Shown here in pieces: positions 25,529 to 37,924 of a stretch of DNA of 64,000 bases. This DNA comes from Octopus sinensis (taxonomy: Eukaryota), in assembly GCF_006345805.1 (NCBI RefSeq), contig NC_043010.1, forward strand, positions 7,688,001 to 7,752,000, in the 5' to 3' direction. The notes beneath the pieces are model-generated. The model made no database searches, had not been told where the DNA came from, and worked only from the letters and a program-made list of their open reading frames with translations. The translations under genes and the position numbers were made by a program. Every line of letters begins with the position of its first letter. Position 1 is the stretch's first letter.

Positions 25529-26569
25529 CATATGTCTTTCAGTTTCCATCTCCCAAATCCACTCAGGAAAGAGAAAGAGGGAAAGAGAGAGAAAGAGAAA
25601 GCAAAGAACGACTGTAGGAAAATACCTTAACGTATCTGCTGCATATGAAAGCTAAATAGTACAGTGGGTCTTAATTACGTGATGTAGTGAGCCCCAAATA
25701 ATAATTAATGCAAATGACATTCGTTAGTGTATTGACAAATCATATCATTGTAGAAAATGAAATTACTCTGATTTATTCTTTTTTGGGGGGCGGGGGGGGG
25801 GCAGTGGATCATGAAGCATATAAATCCATAAAGAATAGCATGTAAATATTGGTTATAAAAGCTTTTTGGATAGAAAAAGTTGAAGGCTACCCATGGGACT
25901 TGAACCCACATCCCTTACCATGTTTACAGGCAACCTTCAACTTTTTTCTATCTAAAATGGTTTTTCCACTTAATATTTACATGCTTATTATTCATAATTT
26001 CTTGTAAGGCAACGAGGTGGCAGATTCGTTAGCATGCCAGTTGAAATGCTTGGTGGAATTTTGCCTGTCATTATGTTCTGACTTCAAATGCTGCTGGGAT
26101 CGACTTAGCCTTTCTTCCTTTTGGGGGTGGGGTCAATAAAATAAATACCAGTTGAGCACTGGTGTCCATGTAATCAACTTTACCTCTTCTCTGAAACTGT
26201 TATCCTTGTGCCAAAATTTGAAACCATTATTTATAATTTTCTGTGCTTCAAGATCCACTATTCCAAAAAAGAATTACTTTATGTTCTTATGGCATCAACT
26301 TTGATATATATTTATCTTAAATTATTTCTAACATTTACAAGGTCACATATTTAAGGAGAAGATACTTATTTCATAAGCAAGTAAAGAATGAAGAGTAAAA
26401 TCTTCATCTTTTATTAAAACTCCATTTACATCTTGGATGCTTTATTGGAATATTCAATTGACCTGAGGACTTGAATAGTACTTTTGATTTATCAACCCTG
26501 GAAGTTTGAAACACAAATTTAGTATCAGTTCTCTATTACAATTCCATTCACAATTAAGATGTTCTTTAA

Positions 26570-27082
26570 CTCTTTAGCATTCTGTAATATGAGGAACAAA
26601 GGGCAATTCAACCCCCTCTTCAGTTCCTTTGTAGTGTTGACTGTCCAACTGTCCATCCGAGATGTGCTCTACCCATCTAACCTATTGCTAGAACCTACAG
26701 CAAATGCCCTTTCTAGCTCATGTGTCTACACATGTCCATCTGCTCCCACTGCTCAAAGCCAAAAAGTCCCACACTGGTCCTACTTCCACTCACTTGACCT
26801 CGTTCACTCCTCCTCTTCTGGTAGGGACCCTCAGCCATTGACACCACTGACCCATTCCTTCCAGTTCACTTTATCTCCACACTCTCAAATGCAATGCTTA
26901 TGTATTCACATGCTATCTATATATAATCATGCATTATCTTGTAGCTAAGAGATTTTCAAGATGTGATTGCTTACATTTAGAATGACATTGCAGGATAGGT
27001 GTGAGTAGTCAGATCTGGGCAGTTTTAACATAAAACTAGTAGAATATTTAGGCTGGATATGGCCAGTTTGAATGTTAAAGGG
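26570..27082. mobile_element. piggyBac-type MITE (same family as 3202-3422) carrying a ~290-bp insert
   Basis: TTAA|CTCTTTAGCATT ... AATGTTAAAGGG|TTAA; 26890-27082 matches the reverse complement of 3202-3422. Confidence 0.7.
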
Positions 27083-27743
27083 TTAAGAAAATTATATCAA
27101 CCCCGGTACTTGACTACTTCTTTGTTTCATCAACCACAGAAGAGTGAAAGGTAAATTAGTCTTCTAACATCATACATATCCAGGATGTTTTATTTGAATA
27201 TGAATTCAATCTTAGTTCTTTACTTCAACAACCCACAGAAAGATGAAAAGCAAAAATAGCTGAAGAGTTAGTTTTCACTTACGTTTAGGAAAACCTTTTA
27301 GGAACATTAAACCAAACCATTAAACGACTGGTACTTCATTTTGCCAATACTGGAAGAATTAAAGAGTGTTGAGTTACCAGCCCCTTCCAACCTGGATAAG
27401 GTAGACCTTTAGTCTAAAGCATTCTATCTTTGACCATATTGGTTTTTTTAAGTGAAGGGTGGAAGATACCTAGAACTACATTATCTAAATGTGTCCTTCA
27501 TCTTTTCTTTTTAGATGGTAAGTTGCTTTTGAGGAACATTTTGCAGCTATTTTTAGCAGACCCAGTGACTACATGGTGAGCAACATCAGGTCATTTTAAA
27601 CAATTTACTTTGTTTACTTTGAATCATCATCATCTTCATCATGTTTTACTTTGAATGGAGTTCATAAAATATAGCAACCAAATGCTGCAGGCATTTTGTC
27701 TGACATCAATTATTCTCCAGAAACAACTTTGTTTTCCATATTT

Positions 27744-27924
27744 CATCATCATCATCATCATCTTCGTTTAGCGTCCGCTTTCCATGCTAGCATGGGTTGG
27801 ACGGTTCAACTGGGGTCTGGGAAGCCAAAAGGCTGCACCAGGCCCAGTCTGATCTGGCAATGTTTCTACGGCTGGATGCCCTTCCTAATGCCAACCACTC
27901 CGTGAGTGTAGTGGGTGCTTTTTT
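27744..27924 (-). mobile_element. RTE LINE 3' end
   Basis: (CAT)n followed by GTTTAGCGTCCGCTTTCCATGCTAGCATGGG. Confidence 0.8.
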
Positions 27925-28822
27925 CAGGGAATAAAATAAATAGCAGCTGACTATCTTCAAATGTTGATGAATAGCAAAGCTAAATAAAGGGATGCTAACT
28001 TTCAGATATAATACATTATTCTCTCTCTCTCTCTTTCTCAGTTTTTTTAATTGCTTTGTCAAAAGAGAAAAAACAGGACCCATATTTTGTTGGGGGTACG
28101 GTTTATATGGTTGCAACAGAGCAGATTCTGCCAAAGGCACCCAAGGGTCTGATAATGAATGTTAAATCAGACAATAGATCAAGTCTACTACCTGAGAACA
28201 GGTAGGTTCTCTTTGACAGGCTTCTCCACAGTCTCTATCTGCCAAATTTTACTCAAAATGAATTTGTGAAGCCAGCTTAAAGTGTCAAACATTGGAACTG
28301 AGCACAAAACCATCGCCCGGATGCCATATGGTAGGACGTGGTTTCAGGTTCAGTCCCACTGTGCAATAGCTTGGGTAAGAATCTTTGCTATAGCTTCAAG
28401 CCAACCAAAGATTTTTTGGTTGGCAGAATCTAAAAGTCCATCATATGTAGAAGCGTGAAATTGCGATAGTTCCAAAACAATCATCCTGTCATAACTTAAG
28501 TACCAGTTACGCACTGGGGTCGATATCTGTCCTTGTTTGTCCCCTCTGTGTTTAGCCCCTTGTGGGTAGTAAAGAAATAATTGTAAAAGAAAGTTATCTA
28601 AGGTTGCATGGATTGAACTTGAGACCATGTATATGCAAAGCAAATTCCTTAACCACACAGCCACATCTGCACACATGACATCATAAGGAAATGAAAAAAA
28701 AACTAAAAAAAAAAATATACAAGGTAACATGATACAAATAAATGAAAAACTGCACACAATCAAAAAAAACTTTTCAGAGACAGACATACATGCAAAATTT
28801 TATATAATCACTTGTACTCGTA

Positions 28823-29233
28823 GGCGCAGGAGTGGCTGTGTGGTAAGTAGCTTGCTAACCGACCACATGGTTCCGGGTTCAGTCCCACTGCGTGGCATCT
28901 TGGGCAAGTGTCTTCTGCTATAGTCTCGGGCCGACCAAAGCCTTGTGAGTGGATTTGGTAGACGGAAACTGAAAGAAGCCTGTCGTATATATGTATGTGT
29001 ATGTATATGTTTGTGTGTCTGTGTCTGTCCCTCTAGCATTGCTTGACAACCGATGCTGGTGTGTTTACATCCCTGTCACTTAGCAGTTCGGCAAAAAGAG
29101 GACCGATAGAATAAGTACTGGGCTTACGAAGAATAAGTCCCGGGGTCGATTTGCTCCACTAAAGGCGGTGCTCCAGCATGGCAGCTGTCAAATGACTGAA
29201 ACAGGTAAAAGAGAAAAAGAGAAAGAGAAAGAG
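28823..29233 (+). mobile_element. SINE family A, full length
   Basis: Family A head, body and tail. Confidence 0.92.
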
Positions 29234-29592
29234 TAGACTTAAATAAATTTAAGGCTACTATACACACACATTAATAGATAATAGGTGATTTTCATGATAT
29301 TATATACATACTTGGTAGGTCATCAAAATGATCAGTTCTTCCTTTGTTGCAGCTTTGATCTGCATGCGAAGGTTTTGTGATTTCTCGGTAATAAGGGGAA
29401 CTAACTGCCACATCCTTATCTTTACGACCAGCTGATGATCTGGCTGCTGGCTGGGAGTATTTCTGAAGAAGGCAAATAAATAAATCATGATGAAAATAAA
29501 TAGAGAATTAAGAAAAAAAAAAAAAGAAAAATCAAAGTGTTTTATATCAGAAATAAGTAAATATCAAATATTCAACACTGCATTAAGATAAA

Positions 29593-29990
29593 TCTTTATA
29601 TATAAAAGAGAGGTTGTGTGCTGTCTGTCTCCTACGATTTAGATTCCTAACTACTCCCACATTTTGCAGTGCAGTTTAACCAAAACCAGGTATCTTATAG
29701 TCGTGATTCATATCGAGCCCTTCTGGGTATTAGCGCGCGTCTACGATGAGTCTATGATTTCAAAAAAAATTTACTATCAATTTTCCCCATTTTTAATGCA
29801 TTTTTGGCATATATAAGGGAAGTAACTCTCTAAAAATTTATTATTATATCTCAGAACGTAAAAAGCTACAGTAACAACCCCCCCTTTTGTGGTTAGCCAT
29901 ATTGAGATGGCTATTATACTTTACATCTCTAAAAATGCTTATATAGTTATTTCCCTTACAAACCCGAGCAACGCCGGGCGATACTGCTCG
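29593..29990 (+). mobile_element. Non-autonomous Helitron
   Basis: A|TC 5' end; subterminal hairpin CCCG-AGCAACGC-CGGG (29963-29978); CTCG|T 3' end (CTAG variant); second copy at 48475-48782. Confidence 0.78.
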
Positions 29991-30305
29991 TTAATTTTAA
30001 AAGTAAATAGCAGCTTCTCCTCATATGTTACATATTCTGAAAATTTAAAGCTAATTAAATCGTATTAAAGTTTGTTACTTGTTTGCTATATGACAGGTAT
30101 TCAAATCAAAATTGTTTAAATGAACCAATGAAGGTCCACCATGTGGTCACTGAATCTGCTAGAAATAGCAACAAAAGGTTTCTCAAACACATCTCACCAT
30201 CTAAAGTGAAAAGAGGATTGACACATTTAGACAAGGTAGTTCTACATATCTTCTTCCCTTCACTCAAAATTGAGATGATCAAAGCTGGAAAGCTATAGAT
30301 TAAAG

Positions 30306-30524
30306 CAGTGGTTTTCAACCAGGGTTCCGCGGAACCTTAGGGTTCCGCCAGTACAGTCCAGGGGTTCCGTAAGAAGTTACAAAACTGCTAAAATCGGTAG
30401 TAATTTTTAAGTCTCCTGTGCAAATATGTGTGCATAAGACTATTAAATTATTGCACAGGGGTTCCCCGAGCCAGTGGAATGTTTCCTTGGGGTTCCGCTC
30501 CAGCAAAAAGTTTGAAAAGCACTG
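30306..30524. mobile_element. hAT (Charlie-like) MITE, 219 bp
   Basis: TIRs CAGTGGTTTTCAA / TTGAAAAGCACTG; perfect 8-bp TSD GATTAAAG (30298-30305, 30525-30532); repeated GGGTTCC subterminal motifs. Confidence 0.92.
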
Positions 30525-30733
30525 GATTAAAGGATTGTCTTATCAGGTCTGGAAGGAGGCTAGGGACACAACACATTTCAAAATCTTAAGTATTGAGTCC
30601 TGAAAAAGACAAAAATTATTACATTAGTTTGTCTAAGTCAAAAAAAGTGATAAAGGTGCAAAAAGGATGGGATAAAAGGATGACAGAAAGAAGGATAGAT
30701 AATACATATGTATATGTGTGTATGTGTGTGCAC

Positions 30734-30794
<61 letters not shown>

Positions 30795-30998
30795 TTATGG
30801 TAAATGAAAAACGGAAGATGGAAGATATGAGTATTTTTATAAATCACGACAATTGTTTCAACACATCTAGCATAGATCCTTGCAGGTGGGACACTTAACA
30901 ACTCGTTCAGTAGCATCTGACAGTGCAGATGTGTATGCATGTATGCATGTATGTATGTATATATGTATGCATGTATGTATGAATACATTTATATATAT

Positions 30999-31049
<51 letters not shown>

Positions 31050-31080
31050 CTATATCTATCTATCTATTTATCTATATATA

Positions 31081-31115
<35 letters not shown>

Positions 31116-31122
<7 letters not shown>

Positions 31123-31541
31123 GAAACAATGGAGTCGAACGAAGATGTTAACAAAATTCCTTTGCTCTCGACACATGTTTCGAAGACAGCATATTTTCAT
31201 TCCGAAGGAATAAAGGGTGCATTATGCAATCTTCTCATCAGGAAAGAAAAGGAGCCTCTCTCACCAACAAGACAAACAAAAATTTCGATGATTGCCTACA
31301 TGGTAACCCAAGCGATAATGAGTTTTTTTTTTAAATCCGTTATAAGCATTAACATCTTCGTTCGACTCCATTCTTTCATTTATTCATATACAACACACAA
31401 ATTTCTGCACATGAACCCGGAGTTTCTACCCTTGGACAGGTCGCTTCAACCATGTTTTCTGATGTGAATTTGCTACCCAGGATTCGGTTAAACGAATTTT
31501 CCATGCTGACAATAAACATAGGATAATTCATTCACCTACTT
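31116..31541. mobile_element. Hammerhead-carrying element, second copy
   Basis: Homologous to 8794-9204; 36-bp inverted arms 31116-31151 / 31349-31384 (1 mismatch); TA-flanked. Confidence 0.7.
31157..31254 (-). ncRNA. Type I hammerhead ribozyme motif, canonical core
   Basis: CUGAUGA (31241-31235); stem II GAAGAU/GUCUUC; GAAA (31181-31178); stem III ACAUGUGU; GUC cut site (31170/31169); stem I of 12 bp with one mismatch. Confidence 0.8.
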
Positions 31542-31724
31542 ATATATAAATATATATATAGTTCAAATTTATAGAAAACAAAAGCCAAAGACAGATGAAA
31601 GAACAACAAGCAGGTGGATCGGTTTAATGCTCGGGAAGGACGGAAATGACTTCGACATTTTGAGCCCATGCTCTTCAGCAAGGGGGTTAAGAGGCAAAAA
31701 AATGGAGAGAGAATGTAAAAAATG

Positions 31725-32035
31725 GAGAGTGGGGCTCACAATCATGAAGTAGTGAGTGTGATACCCGGACCAGTCTGTGTGTTGTGTTCTTGAGGAGGAC
31801 ACTTTATTTCACTTTGCTCCAGTTAACTCGGCAGTAGAAATGAGTTGCGACATCACTGGTGCCAAGCTATATCGGCCTTTGCCTTTACATTGGATAACAT
31901 CGGTGGAATGGAGAGGAGAGGCTGGTATGCACAGACAACTGTTGGTCTTCCATAAACAGCCTTGCCCGAACTTGTGCCTCAGAGGGGAACTTTCTAGGTG
32001 CAATCCCATGGTCATTCATGACCAAAAGGGATCCT
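31725..32035 (+). mobile_element. Diverged tRNA-derived SINE, family D
   Basis: Degenerate tRNA-like head followed by GTGTTCTTGAGGAGGACACTTTATTTCAC central box. Confidence 0.55.
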
Positions 32036-33254
32036 TTTCTTTATGTATGTATGTAAGTATGTATGCTACTGGTAACATGTAACCCAGAACAACCTGTTGC
32101 ATGGTCGGGCCGTCGGTGACTAAACCGGCAACCCCACCAAGCTTGCTTTGTGAGGAGGGTGTTTATTGGACACCCTTTGGGATGAAAAGCAAAACCCGTC
32201 AAAGGGCGGAGGAACTCTTGGGAGTCAATGGCCATCCAATAAATGTGTAATTTTTTTTTTCTTAAGGCTTAAGGCTGTATCATGCGTGGGGACATAGAAA
32301 TAATCAGACTGAATACCCGATCGCACGGTTAAACCATTGGGAGTGAAGGACTCCTAGCCTTTGTTAGGGCATCCTTCTAGGAGATGGTAACTCAGGTAAC
32401 TGGGATAACTCCGACATAAAACCTGTGGCTCAGTGGTTACCGATGATGTTGACTTGTTCTTCTTTTCGGATTATGGCTGCTGTTGCTTAGTGAGTGGGAT
32501 TGACTCAGTGCACAGCCTTTCTTCACTTTAAAAAAAATCTTCCTGTACAGGCATTGCACGATAACAACATTGTTCATGATTGTTGATGGTGCTGTGAGTC
32601 TCAACTGAATGGCTGGCTGTAGCCTTAAAAAGCAAATAAAAGTCACATTCGATCACTGCACCAATAACAGTTAAGCCTCATGCAATGGCCATACTCGATA
32701 ACGAGGGGGCAGCCATCATCATGTTTATGTTTATGTTTTCCAGTTTCAGCTCTTGAGCTGTGGCCATGCTGGGGCACCGCCATTTATATGTATGCATATA
32801 TAATTCATATGTGTGCATGTATTTGTGCTTATATTTGTGGAATTATAAGTTAGCAAGATCCCATAACAGACGTTAACAAACTAAGTACAGGACTGAAAGA
32901 AGCTGTTTCTAAGGGTTCTATGTAATCAACAAAACCCCTTGAAAGCTCTGCTTCATCATAGCCACAGACCAATTATTGATACCAACCAGTAACAGAATAA
33001 AGGAATCACAGTTAACTTCAAACCAAAAAGAACTGAAGCAAAATGAACTCAATGAAGAAATCTAGAGAAATTGTATGAGGAAATAAATAGTTGTACTGCA
33101 GTAAATATTGGGCGACAATTTAAGTACAGAGTATAAGAATATTTCATGAGAATAATAAATCAGATTTATTACATTTATGCATTGTGTGTGTGTGTTTTGT
33201 ATTGTAATTATTAACACCTAGCAAAATAATTTATTTTTCAGTACACATATAAAT

Positions 33255-33274
33255 GGTGATGGTGGTGGTGATGG

Positions 33275-33305
<31 letters not shown>

Positions 33306-33996
33306 GGTGGTTGGTGGTGGTGGTGGTGGTGGTGGTGGTGGTGGTGGTGGTGGTAGTGGTGGTGGTGGTGGTGGTAATGGTGGTGGTGGTGGTGGTGGTG
33401 GTGGTGGTGGTGGTGGTGGTGGTGGTGGTGGTGGTAATGGTGGTGGTGGTGGTGGTGGTGGTAGTGGTGGTGGTGGTGGTGGTGATGGTGGTGGTGGTGG
33501 TGGTGGTGGTAGTGGTGGTGGTGGTGGTGGTGGTGGTGGTAGTGGTGGTAGTGGTGGTGGTGGTTGGTGGTGGTGGTGGTGGTGGTGGTGGTGGTGGTAT
33601 GGTGGTGGTGGTGGTGTGGTGATGGTGGTGGTGGTGGTGGTGGTAATGGTGGTGGTGGTGGTGGTGGTGATGGTGGTGGTGGTGGGTGGTGGTGGTGGTG
33701 GTGGTGGTGGTGGTTGTGGTGGTGGTGGTGGTGGTGGTGGTGGTGGTGGTGGTGGTGGTGGTGATGGTGATGGTGATGGTGGTGTGGTGGTGGTGGTGGT
33801 GTGGTGGTGGTGGTGGTGGTGGTGGTGGTGGTGGTGGGTGGTGGTGGTGGTGATGGTGGTGATAGTGGTGGTGGTGGTAGTGGTGGTGGTGGTGGTGGTG
33901 GTGGTGGTAGTGGTGGTAGTGGTGGTGGTGGTGATGCTGGTGGTGCTGGTGGTGGTGGTGCTGGTGGTGCTGGTGGTGCTGGTGGTGATGGTGGTT
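33255..33996. repeat. (GGT)n microsatellite, ~740 bp
   Basis: Direct reading; explains the poly-G/P/H/T/V/W ORFs. Confidence 0.95.
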
Positions 33997-34077
33997 GTGA
34001 AAAAGATGACGAGGACAGTGATGATGGTGACACAATCACATACGTCAACAATTGTAATGATAATAATAATAATAATC

Positions 34078-34250
34078 CTTTCTAGTAAAATGTCAAGGCC
34101 TGAAATTTAGGGGAAGGAAACTAGTCGATTACACCAACCCCAGTGTTTCACTGGTACTTAATTTATCGACCCCAAAAGGATGAAAGGCAAAGTCGACCTC
34201 AGTGGAAATTGCATTCAGAACATAGCAAAAAACAATATATCACTAAGCAT
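34078..34250 (-). mobile_element. SINE family B
   Basis: Reverse complement of the family B body and tail. Confidence 0.7.
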
Positions 34251-34269
34251 TTTTGCCTGGCATATGATA

Positions 34270-34589
34270 TGGCACGTAAAAAGCACCATCCGAACGTGGC
34301 TGATGCCAGCGCCGCCTACACTGGCCTCCGTGCTGGTGGCACGTAAAAAGCACCATCCGAACGTGGCCAATGCCAGCACCGCCTTGACTGGCTTCTGTGC
34401 AGGTGGCACATAAAAAGCACCCACTACACTCTCGGAGTGGTTGGCGTTAGGAAAGGCATCCAGCTGTAGAAGCACTGCCAGATCAGACTGGAGTCTGGTG
34501 CAGCCTTCTGGCTTCCCAGATCCCCAGTCGAACCATCCAACCCATGCTAGCATGGAGAACGGACGTTAAACGATGATTATGATGATGAT
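34270..34589 (+). mobile_element. RTE LINE 3' UTR with tandem ~65-bp units
   Basis: GGCACGTAAAAAGCACC motif x3; end GGACGTTAAACGATGAT. Confidence 0.8.
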
Positions 34590-34598
34590 AATAATAAT

Positions 34599-34901
34599 GC
34601 CCTGATGCAGTACTAGGCTGTGGCTTTCATGACTTCTGATCTTAACTGATTGAAAGTGTTATCATGTACATGTTTTGTCTTGGTATAAAAGATGGCCTAC
34701 AGCAAATATTTTTCTCAATACCATAAATTTGTTTGTCAGTTGTTTGACCTTAACCAGTTGATCGTGTCCCTTGGTGGCTGATATGTGTATCACTGATCAT
34801 GAGCAGGAGTAGTGGGGAAGCATCGTAGCTATGTTTTGAGAGGAATGCTTTGGAGTTTGGATGATTTATTCAATGTTCTTAAACAATCCTTATTCAGGGA
34901 C
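34599..34901. mobile_element. (TAA)n-flanked non-coding element, partial (same family as 44624-45160)
   Basis: AATAATAAT|GCCCTGATGCAGTAC start; truncated by a SINE A fragment. Confidence 0.75.
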
Positions 34902-35050
34902 CTTTTTCAGTTTCCGTCTACCAAATTCACTCACAAGGCATTGGTCGGCCCGGGGCTATAGCAGAAGACACTTGCCCAAGATGCCACGCAGCAGGACTGA
35001 ACCCAGAACCATGTGGTTGATTAGCAAGCTACTTACCACACAGCCACTCC
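34902..35050 (-). mobile_element. SINE family A, 5' part
   Basis: Head and proximal body. Confidence 0.85.
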
Positions 35051-35185
35051 TTATATGTATACAGATGCATATAAAAATATCTACAGGAGAGCAAGTGCAT
35101 ATACATACTTGCATAACATACATAGATTTGTACACACAAACACATACACACAAACACACACACACAAACGTAACCTCTTTGTGTG

Positions 35186-35787
35186 TGAAGACAGCGAGGT
35201 GGCAGAAACATTAGCATGCCGGACAAAATGCTTAGTGGTATTTTGTCTGCCGTTACATTCTGAGTTCAAATTCCGCCAAGGTCGACTTTGCCTTCATCCT
35301 TTCGGGGTCAATAAATTAAGTACCAGTTATGCACTGGGGTCGATGTAATCGACTTAATCCCTTTGTCTGTCCTTGTTTGTCCCCTCTGTGTTTAGCCCCT
35401 TGTGGGTAGTAAAGAAATAGGTATTTTGTCTGCCGTTACATTCTGAGTTCAAATTCTGCCGAGGTCGACTTTGCCTTTCATCCTTTCAGGGTCGATAAAT
35501 TAAGTATCAGTTACACACTGGGGTCGATATAATCGACTTAATCCGTTTGTCTGTCCTTGTTTGTCTCCACTGTGTTTAGCCCCTTGTGGGTAGTAAAGAA
35601 ATAGGTATTTTGTCTGCCGTTACATTCTGAGTTCAAATTCTGCCGAGGTCGACTTTGCCTTTTATCCTTTCGGGGTCGATAAATTAAGTACCAGTTACGC
35701 ACTGGGGTCGATGTAATCGACTTAATCCGTTTGTCTGTCCTTGTTTGTCCCCTCTGTGTTTAGCCCCTTGTGGGCAATAACTAAATA
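35186..35787 (+). mobile_element. SINE family B: one head plus three tandem 183-184-bp bodies
   Basis: Units start at 35238, 35421 and 35605. Confidence 0.88.
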
Positions 35788-36084
35788 ACAAACGTAACCT
35801 GTGGTAGCATGGAGAAGGAACTTAAAACAAAATAATGAGCAAATATATATCTATGTATGTGTGTGTGCATGTATACATGCATATATATGTGTGTGTGTAT
35901 GTATGTGTATATATATCATAAGTATGTTTGTGTGCTTGTACTAAATACACACACAAGTTTACATGTATGTATATTTGAAAGAGAACTGCAGATGAAGTTA
36001 TTTATGTGCATATGTTTTATAATGTAAATACAGATTATATTAACTCAAATATATACATTCACACTCAAGAACTAAACCAACCTC

Positions 36085-36680
36085 TCACTCGGCAAAACAC
36101 ACACGCACAGACACACACACACATGCACACATATAGACATACACAGGCACATACATGCACACACACTCTCACTTGGCAAAACACACACACACATCCTCAC
36201 TTGGCAAAACACACACACAGACACACACACACATGCACACGCGCATAAACAAACACATACACATGCTCACATATACACATACACACGCACACACACACTC
36301 TCACTTGGCAAAACACACGCACATACATGCACGCACACAAACAAACAAACAAACAAACAAACACAGAAAACTTGCACACTTGTGTACACACACACACACA
36401 TGCACGCACACACCCACACCTACACCCCCGCACCCACACACACACACGCACACATAAACATTTACACATACATACATACACACATACACACACACATGCA
36501 CGCACACACACACATACACACACACATGCACGCACACACACACACCTACACCCCCGCACCCACACACACACGCACACATAAACATTTACACATACATACA
36601 TACACACATACACACACACATGCACGCACACACACACATACACACACACACCTGCACACACACCCACCCACACACATGTG
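36085..36680. repeat. (CA)-rich minisatellite with repeated CTCACTTGGCAAAACAC and a ~120-bp duplication
   Basis: Direct reading. Confidence 0.85.
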
Positions 36681-37277
36681 CGTGCATTAATATAGTCATT
36701 TGTACTTGAAAAGTGTATGAATTGGTTGAAAAATTGAAGTTTATTATTCATTTTCCCTTCTCATAAATCTTTAGATTCCTATCTTTCCCTCACAGGATCA
36801 TAAATATTTATCATCATGCACAGAGGGCAGTGAAAATCACACAAATGACTGTCAGATTTGATGCTATATAATGTAAGTCTGTGTGCGTGTGTGTATGCTT
36901 GTAGCATGCATATTATGTGTGCATGTATGTGTGTGCATGTATGTGTGTGCATGCGCATACATGTGTGCTTCTGTGTCCTATATATCCCACATATGTATAT
37001 TACATGTGTAACTTTTTCCCAGTGGTATATAATCATCAATTCAAGTTTATATACACTTGTAGTATGTTAGTAAGTTTTTCTTTTTAATATTAAGTAGTGG
37101 TTAACACTTCAAGTAAATATGTATATATATATTTTTTTAAACAATAGAAGGCCTCTTATAAAGCTTTGGATTTCATATAACGGGAAGGTTTACGAAAATA
37201 AACAAAAGACGAAGGCAGGTGGAGTACAAACAAACAAATGTATTAGTATGGCGCTCAGGAATAGAAATAGAACTAGT

Positions 37278-37313
37278 CTTTTACATTTCGAGCCTATGCT
37301 CTTCGACAGAAAG
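37278..37313 (-). ncRNA. Minimal hammerhead-like motif, variant core
   Basis: CUUU-CUGUCGA-A-GAGC(AUAG)GCUC-GAAA-UG-UA-AAAG. Confidence 0.6.
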
Positions 37314-37444
37314 ATACACAGAAAAAAAACAAGGAGAGAAACAAATGCGTGTAGGAGCTAACGATCTATCATATATATATATATATATATGGCGGTGCCC
37401 CAGCATGGCCACAGCTCATTAGCTGAAACTGGAAAAATCAAAAA

Positions 37445-37475
<31 letters not shown>

Positions 37476-37577
37476 TATAACGGGCAGTTTTATGAAAATA
37501 AACTAAAGACGAAGGCAGGTGGAGTACAAACAAACAAATGTATTAGTATGGTGCTCAGGAATAGAAATAGAACAAGT

Positions 37578-37613
37578 TTTTTACGTTTCGAGCCTACGCT
37601 CTTCGACAGAAAG
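37578..37613 (-). ncRNA. Minimal hammerhead-like motif, variant core
   Basis: CUUU-CUGUCGA-A-GAGC(GUAG)GCUC-GAAA-CG-UA-AAAA; palindromic ACGU stem III. Confidence 0.6.
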
Positions 37614-37924
37614 ATACACAGAAAAAAAACAAGGAGAGAAACAAAGAGAGAAAAAAATGCGTGTAGGAGCTAACGATCTATCATGGATTTCATATGCTCT
37701 ATTATGATTATCAATAAAATAATAAAAGCAACTGACTAACCCTATTACTTATTGTCAAACAATACATGTGTGCTTATTCAGAGAGTAAGCTGTAGGAAAA
37801 AACTAGACAAGATAGAAGAAAACTGAGTCTAATTTTAAACGTAGCAATTTTAGTGTAAATCAAGTGAAAAACCAAACTCAACAGAAATTACTTTGTGTAA
37901 CATGACATTTGTGCTTGGGTAGCA

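Larger units (their letters stand above)
37179..37683 (-). mobile_element. Tandem dimer of a ~180-200-bp hammerhead-carrying unit
   Basis: Two homologous units offset by 300 bp; flanked by the 12-bp direct repeat TGGATTTCATAT (37167-37178, 37684-37695). Confidence 0.75.

Noticed and set aside
33218-34110. Long Gly/Pro/His/Thr-rich ORFs
   Set aside because: Products of (GGT)n, which has no stop codon in any frame
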